Shown: piece after piece, positions 9,433 through 17,772 of the stretch
Layout of the letters: each line of letters starts with the position of its first letter
How positions within the stretch are numbered: the first letter of the stretch is position 1
Virus record (IMG/VR): IMGVR_UViG_3300012988_000019
Location: 1 to 54,102 of that record
DNA: 54,102 nt
From: a virus
Lineage: Duplodnaviria > Caudoviricetes
Reading direction: 5' to 3' (one strand)
Position numbers and translations under genes: made by a program
Notes under the pieces: generated by a model
Databases searched by the model: none
What the model saw: the letters and a program-made list of their open reading frames with translations, nothing else
Told to the model about the DNA's origin: nothing

Positions 9433-9689
9433 CAGTCCTCCAGGTTGGCGCAGTGCTCGTCCCACTCGGGAACGCGCATCACGGCGTTGTAGTCACGGGT
9501 GGTGGTCGCGAAGGCGATGTCGTCGATGCACACCCGGGTGATGTTCGGGTGCTGGTCGACGTTGCCGTAGATCGTGATCTCGTCCGGCTCCTCGAACGGG
9601 ACGTTCTCGACGTCGTACTGCTGCGCGCAGCCCGCGGTCAGGGTGACCAGAGCCGCTGCTGCCAGCACGGCAGCGAGCCTCTTCTTCAT
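9432..9689 (-). CDS. Lipoprotein
   Basis: MKKR, hydrophobic stretch, lipobox LTAG-C. Confidence 0.75.
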   Translation of the reverse strand: MKKRLAAVLAAAALVTLTAGCAQQYDVENVPFEEPDEITIYGNVDQHPNITRVCIDDIAFATTTRDYNAVMRVPEWDEHCANLED

Positions 9690-9961
9690 CAGTTCTTCTT
9701 CTCCTCGGTGAGTCGTGCCATCTCGGTGTGGAAGCGCTCGACCAGCTCGTCGATCACGGCCGAGTCGATTGCGATGGGCTCCAGCGCCTCCCTGAGCGCT
9801 CTCTCAGCGTCCGCCCGCTCGATCAGGTCAGGCGAGGGCGCGATGCGTTCGAGGAACGCCCTGCGGACCGGGGCCGGCAGGTTGTACCAGCTGACGTCGC
9901 CCTGGCGCCGCTCGGTCTCGTACAGCTTCTGCGCCTTGGGCGTACGGGGGTCGTTCGGCAT
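9689..9961 (-). CDS. Hypothetical protein
   Basis: 90 aa; coupled start/stop. Confidence 0.65.
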   Translation of the reverse strand: MPNDPRTPKAQKLYETERRQGDVSWYNLPAPVRRAFLERIAPSPDLIERADAERALREALEPIAIDSAVIDELVERFHTEMARLTEEKKN

Positions 9962-9964
9962 CTG

Positions 9965-10351
9965 TCAGACCTCCTCGTCGAAGCCCAGCTCGATGAGCGC
10001 GGCCTTGAGCCCAGCGAGAGTACGGTGGCCCTCAGGCATCGGCAGGGTGTCGTCGACCTGGTGCCAGGCGCGGCGGAAGGCGTCGGCAGCTCGCGGCAGG
10101 TCATCCGCCTTGAACGCGCAGGGCCGGTCGAGGTACTGACCGAGCAGTGCGTGCAGCTTCACCGCCTCCTGGGCGCTGAGCGCGACGATGAGGCCCTTCT
10201 CCGTCACCCCGCTCTCCAGGAGGTTGACCTCGAGCCCCACACCGGGGCGGGTCTTGAGGGCGGTGAGGATGACCTCTCCCGTCTCGTTGGGGTCGGCCCC
10301 CAGGTTGTTCACCCGGGGCTTGCTGAGTGGTATGCGGCCGAGGTGCGTCAT
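9965..10351 (-). CDS. Hypothetical protein (leaderless)
   Basis: 128 aa; TTGACA-17-TAAGTT (10358-10386) ends 6 nt upstream. Confidence 0.7.
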   Translation of the reverse strand: MTHLGRIPLSKPRVNNLGADPNETGEVILTALKTRPGVGLEVNLLESGVTEKGLIVALSAQEAVKLHALLGQYLDRPCAFKADDLPRAADAFRRAWHQVDDTLPMPEGHRTLAGLKAALIELGFDEEV

Positions 10352-10389
10352 GGGACAAACTTACTCTCTCCATGGTTCCCTGTCAAGGG

Positions 10390-10645
10390 TGCATCGTCAG
10401 CTTGATACAGTCCCACCCCCGATGCTCCGCAGGGGGAGTGAAGCATCGAGGGTGGGATCGTAAGCTGATGGCTGACTCGGCATACCATCCTCATCGGATC
10501 ATCTCCGGACCCTTGAGTCAGTTACCCCTCTCTCATTCTCTGCTGCCTGAGAGGACCATCGTGGGGGCTCCTTGTGCGTAGGAGCTATGACCGGGTATTA
10601 TACGATGTCCGGTGTTTGTATAAGCCTCGCCTCGCGGCGATGCAT
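10390..10645 (-). ncRNA. Candidate structured ncRNA (~255 nt)
   Basis: Own promoter TTGACA-17-CAGTAT (10651-10679); terminal stem plus at least 6 internal helices; no substantial minus-strand ORF. Confidence 0.55.
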
Positions 10646-10689
10646 GAGAAATACTGCCATGCGGGGAGCTGGATGTCAAGGCCGGAGCT

Positions 10690-11067
10690 TCAGCTGCTCT
10701 GTCGGGCCCTGCGTCGCCTCGGCTTGGTCACCGTGCGGTTCTCCCTGCGGCTGTTGCGGCGCGCCTGGCGTTCGGCGTCGCGGCGAGCGTAGATGGTGAG
10801 GTTGCGCTCGACGTCGGACTCCCGAAGGTCGCCGATGAAGAGTCGTGAGCGCCCCTGCAGTTCACGACCCGTCTCGACGTCCTTCTTGCGCCCGTAGATG
10901 CCATCGGGCAGGAAGTACCCGTGCTTGCTGACGTGAGATGGCGTCAGGAGCAACCGGATGTCGCTCTTGACGGAGATGGGCTGGCCCTTCACGTAGATGA
11001 CGACCTCGACGTCACCATACTGCTCTTGGGCCTCAGCCAGGCGTTCTGCCAGCTGTGAGATACGCAT
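10690..11067 (-). CDS. Hypothetical protein
   Basis: MRISQLAERLAEAQEQYGDVEV...; promoter TTGACA-17-TAGATT at 11157-11185. Confidence 0.7.
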   Translation of the reverse strand: MRISQLAERLAEAQEQYGDVEVVIYVKGQPISVKSDIRLLLTPSHVSKHGYFLPDGIYGRKKDVETGRELQGRSRLFIGDLRESDVERNLTIYARRDAERQARRNSRRENRTVTKPRRRRARQSS

Positions 11068-11181
11068 GAGATACACCACTTCCGGATGAGAGATGTTGCC
11101 TTGCGGGTAGCACCAAATCTCCTCTCTCGAGCAGACAGTGGATCCTGAGCAAGGCAAATCTACTGCATCCGGTGTGGGATG

Positions 11182-11388
11182 TCAAGGCCGGGGCTTCTGC
11201 TTACCCCCGGCGTGCTCGATGATGAACATGTCGAGCAGGTCTCGGTACATGTAGAAGGTGTCCCGCACGTCCGTGAGGCTGTCCGGCCTCGAGCGCGGGT
11301 CACTCACCTTGTCGTAGCGGTGGAACAGGTGGTCGAATCCGTGCATGTTCGTGAACAGCAGCATGCCCTTGGATCGCAGCTCATCCAC
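11182..11388 (-). CDS. Hypothetical protein
   Basis: 68 aa; coupled to neighbours. Confidence 0.6.
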   Translation of the reverse strand: MDELRSKGMLLFTNMHGFDHLFHRYDKVSDPRSRPDSLTDVRDTFYMYRDLLDMFIIEHAGGKQKPRP

Positions 11389-11914
11389 TGAAGTCCTCCA
11401 GCCTGGTGGTGCGCTCTAGCAGGAACCAGAAGCCGTGCCCCTCGACGAACCCCATCTGCACGACCCGGTAGCGATCTTGGAACCAGCTCTCCAGCTGACT
11501 CTCGGCCTGGTGGGTGGGCACTCCGCAGATGAACGCTTGCTGCGTGGGCGGGTCGATCTTGGGCTCGGGTGCCGGCTCCATGACCTTCGGCGAGGGCCAG
11601 GGGTCCGGGTGATGCACCTTCGCCTCGGGTCTCAGCGTGCAGCGAGCCACCTTGTTACCGAGCTGGACCTTCTGCATACAGAACATGTTGGATCGCCCCG
11701 GATTGAAGGGGTGGTACTCACCGGCCGGAACAGCCTCCTCGTCGGGCTCCTCAGAGTGAACCAGGCTCATCGAGTGGACCAGGTGGTTGCCATGGCGACC
11801 GCACGGTCGACTGATCGCCTCCTCACCCAGCGTCCAGACCGGCTGAATACAGTGTCCGCCCGGCTTGTCCGTGATATACGGGTGGACCTCGTTGAACGGA
11901 ATGATGCTAGCCAT
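11381..11914 (-). CDS. Hypothetical protein with two H..C..C..H repeats
   Basis: AAGGAGG RBS; HPY..C..C..H and HPF..C..C..H units. Confidence 0.65.
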   Translation of the reverse strand: MASIIPFNEVHPYITDKPGGHCIQPVWTLGEEAISRPCGRHGNHLVHSMSLVHSEEPDEEAVPAGEYHPFNPGRSNMFCMQKVQLGNKVARCTLRPEAKVHHPDPWPSPKVMEPAPEPKIDPPTQQAFICGVPTHQAESQLESWFQDRYRVVQMGFVEGHGFWFLLERTTRLEDFSG

Positions 11915-11924
11915 GCGTCCTCCT

Positions 11925-12059
11925 TCAGTAGGTGCCAGCGGCAAGCGAAGCGAGGAGGAGCAGGCCGCCCATCCACACCATGAGGTAGTCCTCGTGCTTC
12001 AGGCCGAAGCCGATGGCGAGGCAGCCGAGCACGATCAGCAGCAGGATGAACAGGATCAC
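11925..12059 (-). CDS. Small 2-TM membrane protein
   Basis: GTG start; VILFILLLIVLGCLAIGFG...MGGLLLLASLAAG (44 aa). Confidence 0.6.
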   Translation of the reverse strand: MILFILLLIVLGCLAIGFGLKHEDYLMVWMGGLLLLASLAAGTY

Positions 12060-12532
12060 TGCTCCATCACCTGCTTGTGCAGCTCGTCGAGGAACTCCTT
12101 GTGATACTGCAGCGACCAGATGCGCTTGGCCACGTCCCGCTCCAGCCGGCCGACCGCGTCGTACCGGAAGGATCGCTGCCTGGTGCTGAAGGGCTGCAGC
12201 TCCCACTGGTGGATGATGTCCCGCAGCGGCTCGTAGTACCACCACCAGGTGAAGAACGGACCGAACGAGGTGTTCGTCTTGTACAGGAAGTTGTGCTCCG
12301 TGAGGCGCTCGATCAGCCCCAACAGCGCGCCCTGGGTGTGGATGTACGTCTCCTGCTCCTCGTGGAGCGCGCGGTCCTGGACCAGACCGCCGGCGGGGCG
12401 CATGTAGCCGGCCCACTGGGTGTACCGGACGGTGACGGGCGGCGTGTAGTCCGGCTGGCGGCGGTGAGCGGCAGCGGCACCGAAACGGAAGCCGAAGGTC
12501 AGCTCGCGGGGGTCGGGCAGGTGCTTTGTCAT
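12056..12532 (-). CDS. Hypothetical protein
   Basis: MTKHLPDPRE...; start overlaps the upstream stop. Confidence 0.65.
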   Translation of the reverse strand: MTKHLPDPRELTFGFRFGAAAAHRRQPDYTPPVTVRYTQWAGYMRPAGGLVQDRALHEEQETYIHTQGALLGLIERLTEHNFLYKTNTSFGPFFTWWWYYEPLRDIIHQWELQPFSTRQRSFRYDAVGRLERDVAKRIWSLQYHKEFLDELHKQVMEQ

Positions 12533-12885
12533 CGCTGGGCCTCCGCCATCAGTCGGTCGATCTCCGCGGCGATCAGGGCGCCGGCACGGGCGAGCTCGTG
12601 GATGCGGTCCTCCGGCGTCGGCTTCCAGGCGTACGGCGACCACGGCCAGAGGATGGGCAGCGATCCGAGGGAGGGCATGACCTTCCGGATGCGGTCGGGC
12701 ATGGCGTAGCAGAACGCGGCCAGCGACATCTCGTCGTTCTTGTTGGTCTCGAGGTCGTTCTGCAGTGTGTAGCCCTCGCCGCCCTCGATCTTCGGGGCGC
12801 GCATCCGGATGTACTCGTCCAGGATGACTCGGGGGCCGTTCTTCGGCAGGGGCTGGGGGGACTCGGCGTCGGGTGTGGTCGTCAT
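12529..12885 (-). CDS. Conserved phage protein (WPW..WKP..ELARAGALIAAEIDRL), leaderless
   Basis: Recognisable motif; TTGACA-17-TAGCAT (12892-12920) ends 6 nt upstream. Confidence 0.75.
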   Translation of the reverse strand: MTTTPDAESPQPLPKNGPRVILDEYIRMRAPKIEGGEGYTLQNDLETNKNDEMSLAAFCYAMPDRIRKVMPSLGSLPILWPWSPYAWKPTPEDRIHELARAGALIAAEIDRLMAEAQR

Positions 12886-13149
12886 GTGATCATGCTATGG
12901 CATGCTGGGCTGGATGTCAACCTTCTTGTGCCCGGACGACTCGGAGTGGAAACGGGAATACGTGGTAGGGACTTTCCCCCGAGAGACACAGCAGCAGGCG
13001 CGAACTACCATCCGTTTCTTCCCCCCTCTCCATTGTCTATTTTTTCTCCGGGGGGGTTCATTCTCTTGGAGATTAAACACAATGGAGAACAAACACATTC
13101 CGAGGAGGATCATTCCTTGATGGAAAGCAAACCGAAGAGGAATGCAAGG

Positions 13150-13520
13150 GATCATCATCACAGGAAAGATAACAACAGATCATGCCCTCATGGATGCGAT
13201 CATATCGATCCGGCATATCATCATCGCCTCATCACTCAATGACATCATGCTGGAATGATCAGGATATGATCAGAGATCAAGGATAGGCATGCGCGCGCAT
13301 CATCATCGCCTCATCATGCGATCATGCAGGAAGCAACAGCACAGGCATATATGCCCCCCTATATACCCCCCTATATACACCCCCCTATATAGGGCTCTAT
13401 ATATGACCCCTTATATACACCCCCTTATATGCCCCTGTATATACGGGTGTATATGTACAGCCCTATACGAGGCCCCTCTTATGGGCACACCAATATACCC
13501 CCTTCTAAGAGGGGGCATTA
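13150..13520. repeat. Low-complexity non-coding repeats (GATCAT/ATCATC block, then CCCCCTATATA block)
   Basis: ATCATCATCGCCTCATCA occurs twice; several degenerate CCCC(C)TATATA units at 13348-13470; AT-enriched. Confidence 0.75.
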
Positions 13521-13530
13521 TGGCGGGGTG

Positions 13531-13689
13531 TTATCGCTGGGACGGGGCAATCACCCGGGCGATTCCCTCGATGGTCCAGATGAAGAGCATCCCCATGGCG
13601 AGAAGGGCGAGGGCCCCGGCCACCCACCCATAGCAGATGACCAGGATGGCGATGATGGCGGAGCAGAGGAGGAAAGTCGCGATTCCCAT
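13531..13689 (-). CDS. Small membrane protein
   Basis: 52 aa hydrophobic ORF MGIATFLLCSAIIAILV..., translated manually. Confidence 0.6.
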   Translation of the reverse strand: MGIATFLLCSAIIAILVICYGWVAGALALLAMGMLFIWTIEGIARVIAPSQR

Positions 13690-13702
13690 GGTGTGGACCC
13701 CT

Positions 13703-13849
13703 TCAGCGGATGGTCTTGCGGCGGCGGGTGGTGCGGCGGCGACCCGACTTGGTGGTCGGTCGGGGGGAGACCTCGATCGGGGCGAAGGTCATGGATCGGA
13801 GCTCGGCCTGGCGGCGGTCGGAGGCGAGGGTGATCGGCGAGTTCGTCAT
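13703..13849 (-). CDS. Small basic protein (leaderless)
   Basis: MTNSPITLASDRR...RRRKTIR (48 aa); TTGACG-17-TAAGAT (13856-13884). Confidence 0.55.
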   Translation of the reverse strand: MTNSPITLASDRRQAELRSMTFAPIEVSPRPTTKSGRRRTTRRRKTIR

Positions 13850-13891
13850 ACCTGTATCTTACCCCCTCAGCTCCGGATCGTCAAGGCGAGG

Positions 13892-14254
13892 TCACCAGTA
13901 GAGGACCTCCTGGTCGGCGGTCACCGTGAAGGACTGCCCCTGGCCGTTGCCCTGGACTCGGGCGTCCCAGTAGCAGGGTCCCTCGGCGTCCTCGGTCTGG
14001 CAGGGCGCCATGCCGGCGGTGACCCCGGCGAGGTTGCTGTAGTCGAAGGTGATCGAGGTCCCCCCGTCCATGCGGTGAGTGGTGAAGTTCTCGTCGACCC
14101 AGAAGTCGGAGTCGATCTCGGCGGCGTGCTGGTCGGCGGTCCAGTAGCAGTTCTGGAGGACGGTCGCGCGGGAGTCGCACTCGGGGAGGTCCTGAGGCGT
14201 CGAGGGCGCGAAGAGGGAGGCGATGAGGGCGGCGAAGGCGAGGATCGTGGTCAT
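13892..14254 (-). CDS. Secreted Cys-containing protein (leaderless)
   Basis: Signal-like N-terminus; PC..ED..PCYWDA..GNGQG; TTGACA-19-TAGAAT (14261-14291). Confidence 0.7.
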   Translation of the reverse strand: MTTILAFAALIASLFAPSTPQDLPECDSRATVLQNCYWTADQHAAEIDSDFWVDENFTTHRMDGGTSITFDYSNLAGVTAGMAPCQTEDAEGPCYWDARVQGNGQGQSFTVTADQEVLYW

Positions 14255-14383
14255 GCCCTTATTCTACCACCCTCCACACCCAGCTTGTCAAGGCCGGAGC
14301 CGCGAGCGCCGCGATTCTTGCCTAGGACGAGCAAGTATGGACTCGACACCAGAGAACCCCTCCGGAGGGGGGTCCTGTGGCGG

Positions 14384-14695
14384 TCAGTCGTTCATGTGCG
14401 ACTCGAACTCCTCGTCGGTGAGGTCGATCTCGGTCCCGCAGCGCATGCACTCCCAGTAGAGCGCCTCGCGCGTCGGCATCTCCTCGAGAACCATGGACCC
14501 GGTGCGGCGGTCCTTCATGTCGCGGTCGCCGTGCTCGCAGGTGGCGGGGTCCTCGTCGCCCTCCGCCCAGTCCGACTCCTCGTACTCGGGGATGTCGCCC
14601 TCCCAGTCCATCTCCCCGTAGGAGGGGGAGTCCCAACCGAGGACCTCGCCGTCCTCGTTGCGGATGATGGACGAGTTGGCGGTGGGGAACATCAT
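14384..14695 (-). CDS. Acidic Zn-ribbon-like protein
   Basis: GAGGAG RBS; CEH...CMRC. Confidence 0.65.
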   Translation of the reverse strand: MMFPTANSSIIRNEDGEVLGWDSPSYGEMDWEGDIPEYEESDWAEGDEDPATCEHGDRDMKDRRTGSMVLEEMPTREALYWECMRCGTEIDLTDEEFESHMND

Positions 14696-14756
14696 GGTCA
14701 CTCCTCGGGTTCATGCCCCCGGCGGGGGCGATGGGTATACTCTACCACATCCCGGA

Positions 14757-15029
14757 TCAGAGTCCATAGGTCTGGGTCTGCGTCTTCGGGGTCGGCACCG
14801 ATGCCCGGAACGCGTAGGTCGCCTGCTCGATGAGTCGGGCGGTCTGGGCGAGGTCCATCTCGAAGTCGACCACCTGTCCGGTGGTGGTGGTCATGGCGAC
14901 CCGGACTCGAGGCAGGTCCGCGGCCCCCTGGAAGATCGCCCTGCTCGCCTCGATCTTGTCAAGGTCCAGGTGGACCCGCTCCTCGGGCGGGGGCCAGGTC
15001 ATGGTGACCTTGCGCTTGCGCCGGAACAT
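14757..15029 (-). CDS. Hypothetical protein
   Basis: MFRRKRK...; coupled to the upstream gene. Confidence 0.6.
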   Translation of the reverse strand: MFRRKRKVTMTWPPPEERVHLDLDKIEASRAIFQGAADLPRVRVAMTTTTGQVVDFEMDLAQTARLIEQATYAFRASVPTPKTQTQTYGL

Positions 15030-15238
15030 CAGACGTCCTCCCCCTGGAGCGCAGCGATGATCCCGGCGACCACCCCGTTCCGGATGGCGATGCACTGCTC
15101 GGGCGTGGAGTGCGGCGGGAAGATGATGTTCTCATCGACCTCGAGCGCGACGATCTCCATGATCTCCTCGAGGTTGTCCTCGATCGCCTGGGCGATCTGC
15201 GCATCGGTGGGCGGCATGGGCGTCGGGTTCGTCGTCAT
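15029..15238 (-). CDS. Hypothetical protein (leaderless)
   Basis: TTGACA-17-TAGAAT (15245-15273) ends 6 nt upstream. Confidence 0.7.
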   Translation of the reverse strand: MTTNPTPMPPTDAQIAQAIEDNLEEIMEIVALEVDENIIFPPHSTPEQCIAIRNGVVAGIIAALQGEDV

Positions 15239-15476
15239 ACCTAAATTCTACCACCTCCACACCCGGATGTCAAGCGAGCGCCGAAGTCGCGTACGCTCCT
15301 GTGAGGCGGCGGAGTTCGGGGCAGATAGCTAGCTATCTCCCAGGTGCCCGAGGGCCTCAGATCGCTCCTCAGGCGGTACTTGCCTAGGACGAGCAAGAGT
15401 CCACATGGTGGGCAGCGCCTTGACAAACGCCGAACCAGCCCCCTCCTTGCGGAGGGAGCGGTCGGTGTGGTAGGGA

Positions 15477-15824
15477 TCAGTCCTCGAGGTCCTCGTCCTC
15501 GAGCGCGAGGTCGTCGTCGGTGGGGCCCTCGAGCGAGTCGAAGTCGGGGGCCTCGTCGGTCGCCTCGGGGGTGACCTCCTCGACCTCCTGCGCGGCCTCC
15601 TCGGCGCGCTTCGCCTTGGCCTCCTCCTGCGCGGCCTCGAAGGTGCGGAAGGCCCTCGTGAGGCGCGTCAGCTCGGTCTTGGTGCCCTTGATCGCCCAGC
15701 GCTTGCCCTTCCCGGGCTGCTCGTCGCGCGGGGTGATCGAGCGGAGGAACTTGCGCGCGGTGCGGGGGTCGGTGCCCAGCTCGGCGGCGAGGTCGGCGGG
15801 GGAGAGGATCGAAGCAGCGGCCAT
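15477..15824 (-). CDS. HTH DNA-binding protein with acidic tail
   Basis: LSPADLAAELGTDPRTARKFLRS...GKGKRW; promoter TTGAGT-17-CATGAT (15881-15909). Confidence 0.75.
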   Translation of the reverse strand: MAAASILSPADLAAELGTDPRTARKFLRSITPRDEQPGKGKRWAIKGTKTELTRLTRAFRTFEAAQEEAKAKRAEEAAQEVEEVTPEATDEAPDFDSLEGPTDDDLALEDEDLED

Positions 15825-16113
15825 TTGAATCACTCCAGTTGATCAGTCGAGGGGGTCGGTCCCCCCCTTGCGATGAGATAATCATGCCACACCCACTGGG
15901 GTGACTCAAGGCGAGAACGGTAGTTCTTGCTGTGACCTACCTCACTCTCTCACCCCCTTGACGGGAGCACTCCCATGCTCTAGAATCGCGCGCCCGCGCA
16001 CGCTTGTACGCGCCAAGTATCGACGAGACTCTTCGGTTACTGAAGCAAGAGTCCCCTAAAGATGCTACCCCAACCGCCTTGGGTCGCCCCTCGACTCGTG
16101 GTAGAGTATGGGC

Positions 16114-16341
16114 ATGATCAACAACGACATGACCCCCGCCAACGCGATCATCGCGCCCCTCTCGCTCCTGCAGGAGATCACCCCGCCGGCCGCGGGTGCG
16201 CTCATCATCCTGATCAACGCGCTCGACCCGAGCGACGCCGACCGCGACTCCATCGACCAGGCGCTCGTGCGCTTCGAGGGTTCGCACCCGAAGCAGGTCG
16301 CCACCATCCGCCACGAGCTCTTCCGCAAGTTCCGCCACTGA
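16114..16341 (+). CDS. Hypothetical protein (leaderless)
   Basis: Strong GC3 bias; extended -10 TGG-TAGAGT ends 6 nt upstream. Confidence 0.65.
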   Translation: MINNDMTPANAIIAPLSLLQEITPPAAGALIILINALDPSDADRDSIDQALVRFEGSHPKQVATIRHELFRKFRH

Positions 16342-16544
16342 CCCCCCACGAGGGCCCCTACGGGGGCTCTCAGGGCGGAGCGGACCCGCCAGATAGCTAG
16401 CATACTGCCTACCCCCTCAACGGGCTGCAGGAGCGATCCTGACCCCCTCAGCGACTGATGTAGGGCACAAGACCCCCCTAGTCAGGTGGTACTTGCTTCA
16501 GACAAGCAAGCGAATACGTGCTGATGTCACACAAGTGTATAAAC

Positions 16545-16577
16545 AATGCCATTCCCCGGATTCCCGGGGTGGCATTC
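16545..16577 (-). terminator. Hairpin terminator
   Basis: AATGCCA..CCCGG / CCGGGGTGGCATT stem just after the 16586 stop. Confidence 0.5.
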
Positions 16578-16585
16578 TTCAGTAG

Positions 16586-16762
16586 TTATCGGTGGATTGC
16601 TCCGCACTTGTTGCAGAGGTATTCCCCATTCCAGTTGGAATCCGCGGTCGGTTCGCATTCCTTCCCGTCAATGGAAGGGGAGAATCCCATGTATTCGGCG
16701 TCATTGCCGCAGGGGCATTCGAGATCGGAATCGGGGTCAGTGATGGGAATGATGGTAGGCAT
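16586..16762 (-). CDS. Small Zn-finger protein (CPC...CNKC)
   Basis: 58 aa MPTIIPITDPDSDLECPCGND..., translated manually; AAGGGGA RBS. Confidence 0.65.
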   Translation of the reverse strand: MPTIIPITDPDSDLECPCGNDAEYMGFSPSIDGKECEPTADSNWNGEYLCNKCGAIHR

Positions 16763-16775
16763 TGTTTGATTCCCC

Positions 16776-17069
16776 TTAGTTGATCGGCGGGAAGTTATCC
16801 CCGAATGCGTGAATGTAACGTCGGATCAAATCCCAGGTGGTTTCCGACTCGAAAGCATTCAGGAATGCCTCCTCTTCGGCGTCCGAACTGATGAAGGGAT
16901 TGAAGAGATCATTCTCCGCGCATTCCTGCTCGAGAATGCTGAAGAACTGACCGTCGGGGGCATTGTATGCGGCGCGGAATGCCTCGGGGTCGCGCATTGC
17001 TTCCCCAATAACATCGGCAATAACAATGCCAGCGATTACCGGGGGCGTGAGGGGGATGCGATTGATCAT
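16776..17069 (-). CDS. Hypothetical protein (leaderless, lower GC)
   Basis: TTGCTC-17-TATAAT (17076-17104) ends 6 nt upstream. Confidence 0.7.
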   Translation of the reverse strand: MINRIPLTPPVIAGIVIADVIGEAMRDPEAFRAAYNAPDGQFFSILEQECAENDLFNPFISSDAEEEAFLNAFESETTWDLIRRYIHAFGDNFPPIN

Positions 17070-17288
17070 GCCTCAATTATACTCCCCCTACCCCCCTCGA
17101 GCAAGGTGGGTCAAGGTGACTTGGGTCACACTCTTGCTTCAGAGACCGAAGCGCGAGGTTCGCTCCTGCGGGGGCGTACCCCTCAGCAGATAGCTAGCTA
17201 TCCTCGTGCCCCTGCTACCCCCTCAGATCGCTGAGTCGATATGTGCTGATGTAACACAAGAGTGTGACCGACGTCACTTCCCGTGCTA

Positions 17289-17317
17289 TTGACTAACGGT
17301 GTATCCTGTGGTATATT
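17289..17317 (+). promoter_or_regulatory. SigA-type promoter TTGACT-17-TATATT
   Basis: Consensus with extended -10 TG; followed by hairpins rather than a credible gene. Confidence 0.7.
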
Positions 17318-17544
17318 TGTATTGCCACAAAGCGGGCAACAATGAGAGAAAGGGTAGTTGTGTGGGACAACTGTGCATTCCTCGGATTCACATTGTTTGC
17401 ATTGTTTAAATCCATTCTTGTGAGGAATGGGAACAATGTGAAAAAGAATGCCAGCGACCCCCAGCCAGAAAATTTTGAACTTTGTTTTCGCCTCGTATTA
17501 TGGGGCTAGAAAATTCGGCTCTTTGTTCTCCTGAGAATTCAGGG

Positions 17545-17772
17545 CTAGAATCCGTCCTTTCCTCGCTTCATGGTCCTGTTGACCGAAGCTTCCAGAACCA
17601 GTCGCTTCCAGTACTCCTCGAACCGGTCCATCATGGCGCCGATCTCGTACTCGTCCAGGGTCCGGCCGTACTTCTGCTCCTGCGCCTGAGCGTAGCCTCG
17701 GCAGTAACCCTCCCGCGCCTGCTCCTTGGTCCGTCCGACGAGTGCTTCCTGCTCTTCTAGTGGCATGTCCAT
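17545..17772 (-). CDS. Hypothetical protein (leaderless)
   Basis: TTGACT-17-TAGCAT (17779-17807). Confidence 0.7.
   Translation of the reverse strand: MDMPLEEQEALVGRTKEQAREGYCRGYAQAQEQKYGRTLDEYEIGAMMDRFEEYWKRLVLEASVNRTMKRGKDGF

Larger units (their letters stand above)
14317..17260. repeat. Dispersed 19-bp CTTG(C)-N-(GC)AAG imperfect palindromes and AGATAGCTAGC(TATC) palindromes
   Basis: 19-mers at 14317, 15379, 16031, 16492, 16517, 17133, 17242; AGATAGCTAGC at 15323, 16391, 17188. Confidence 0.75.

Noticed and set aside
10390-10645. Hammerhead ribozyme or tmRNA identity for the structured RNA
   Set aside because: No properly arranged CUGANGA/GAAA core and no tRNA-like ends or T arm.
12895-13633. 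ORFs 12895-13161, 12902-13120 and 13289-13633
   Set aside because: Translations of low-complexity non-coding DNA with atypical composition.
13150-17260. Repeats considered as a CRISPR array
   Set aside because: No constant repeat with regular unique spacers; the Cas4-like nuclease sits in a phage recombination module.
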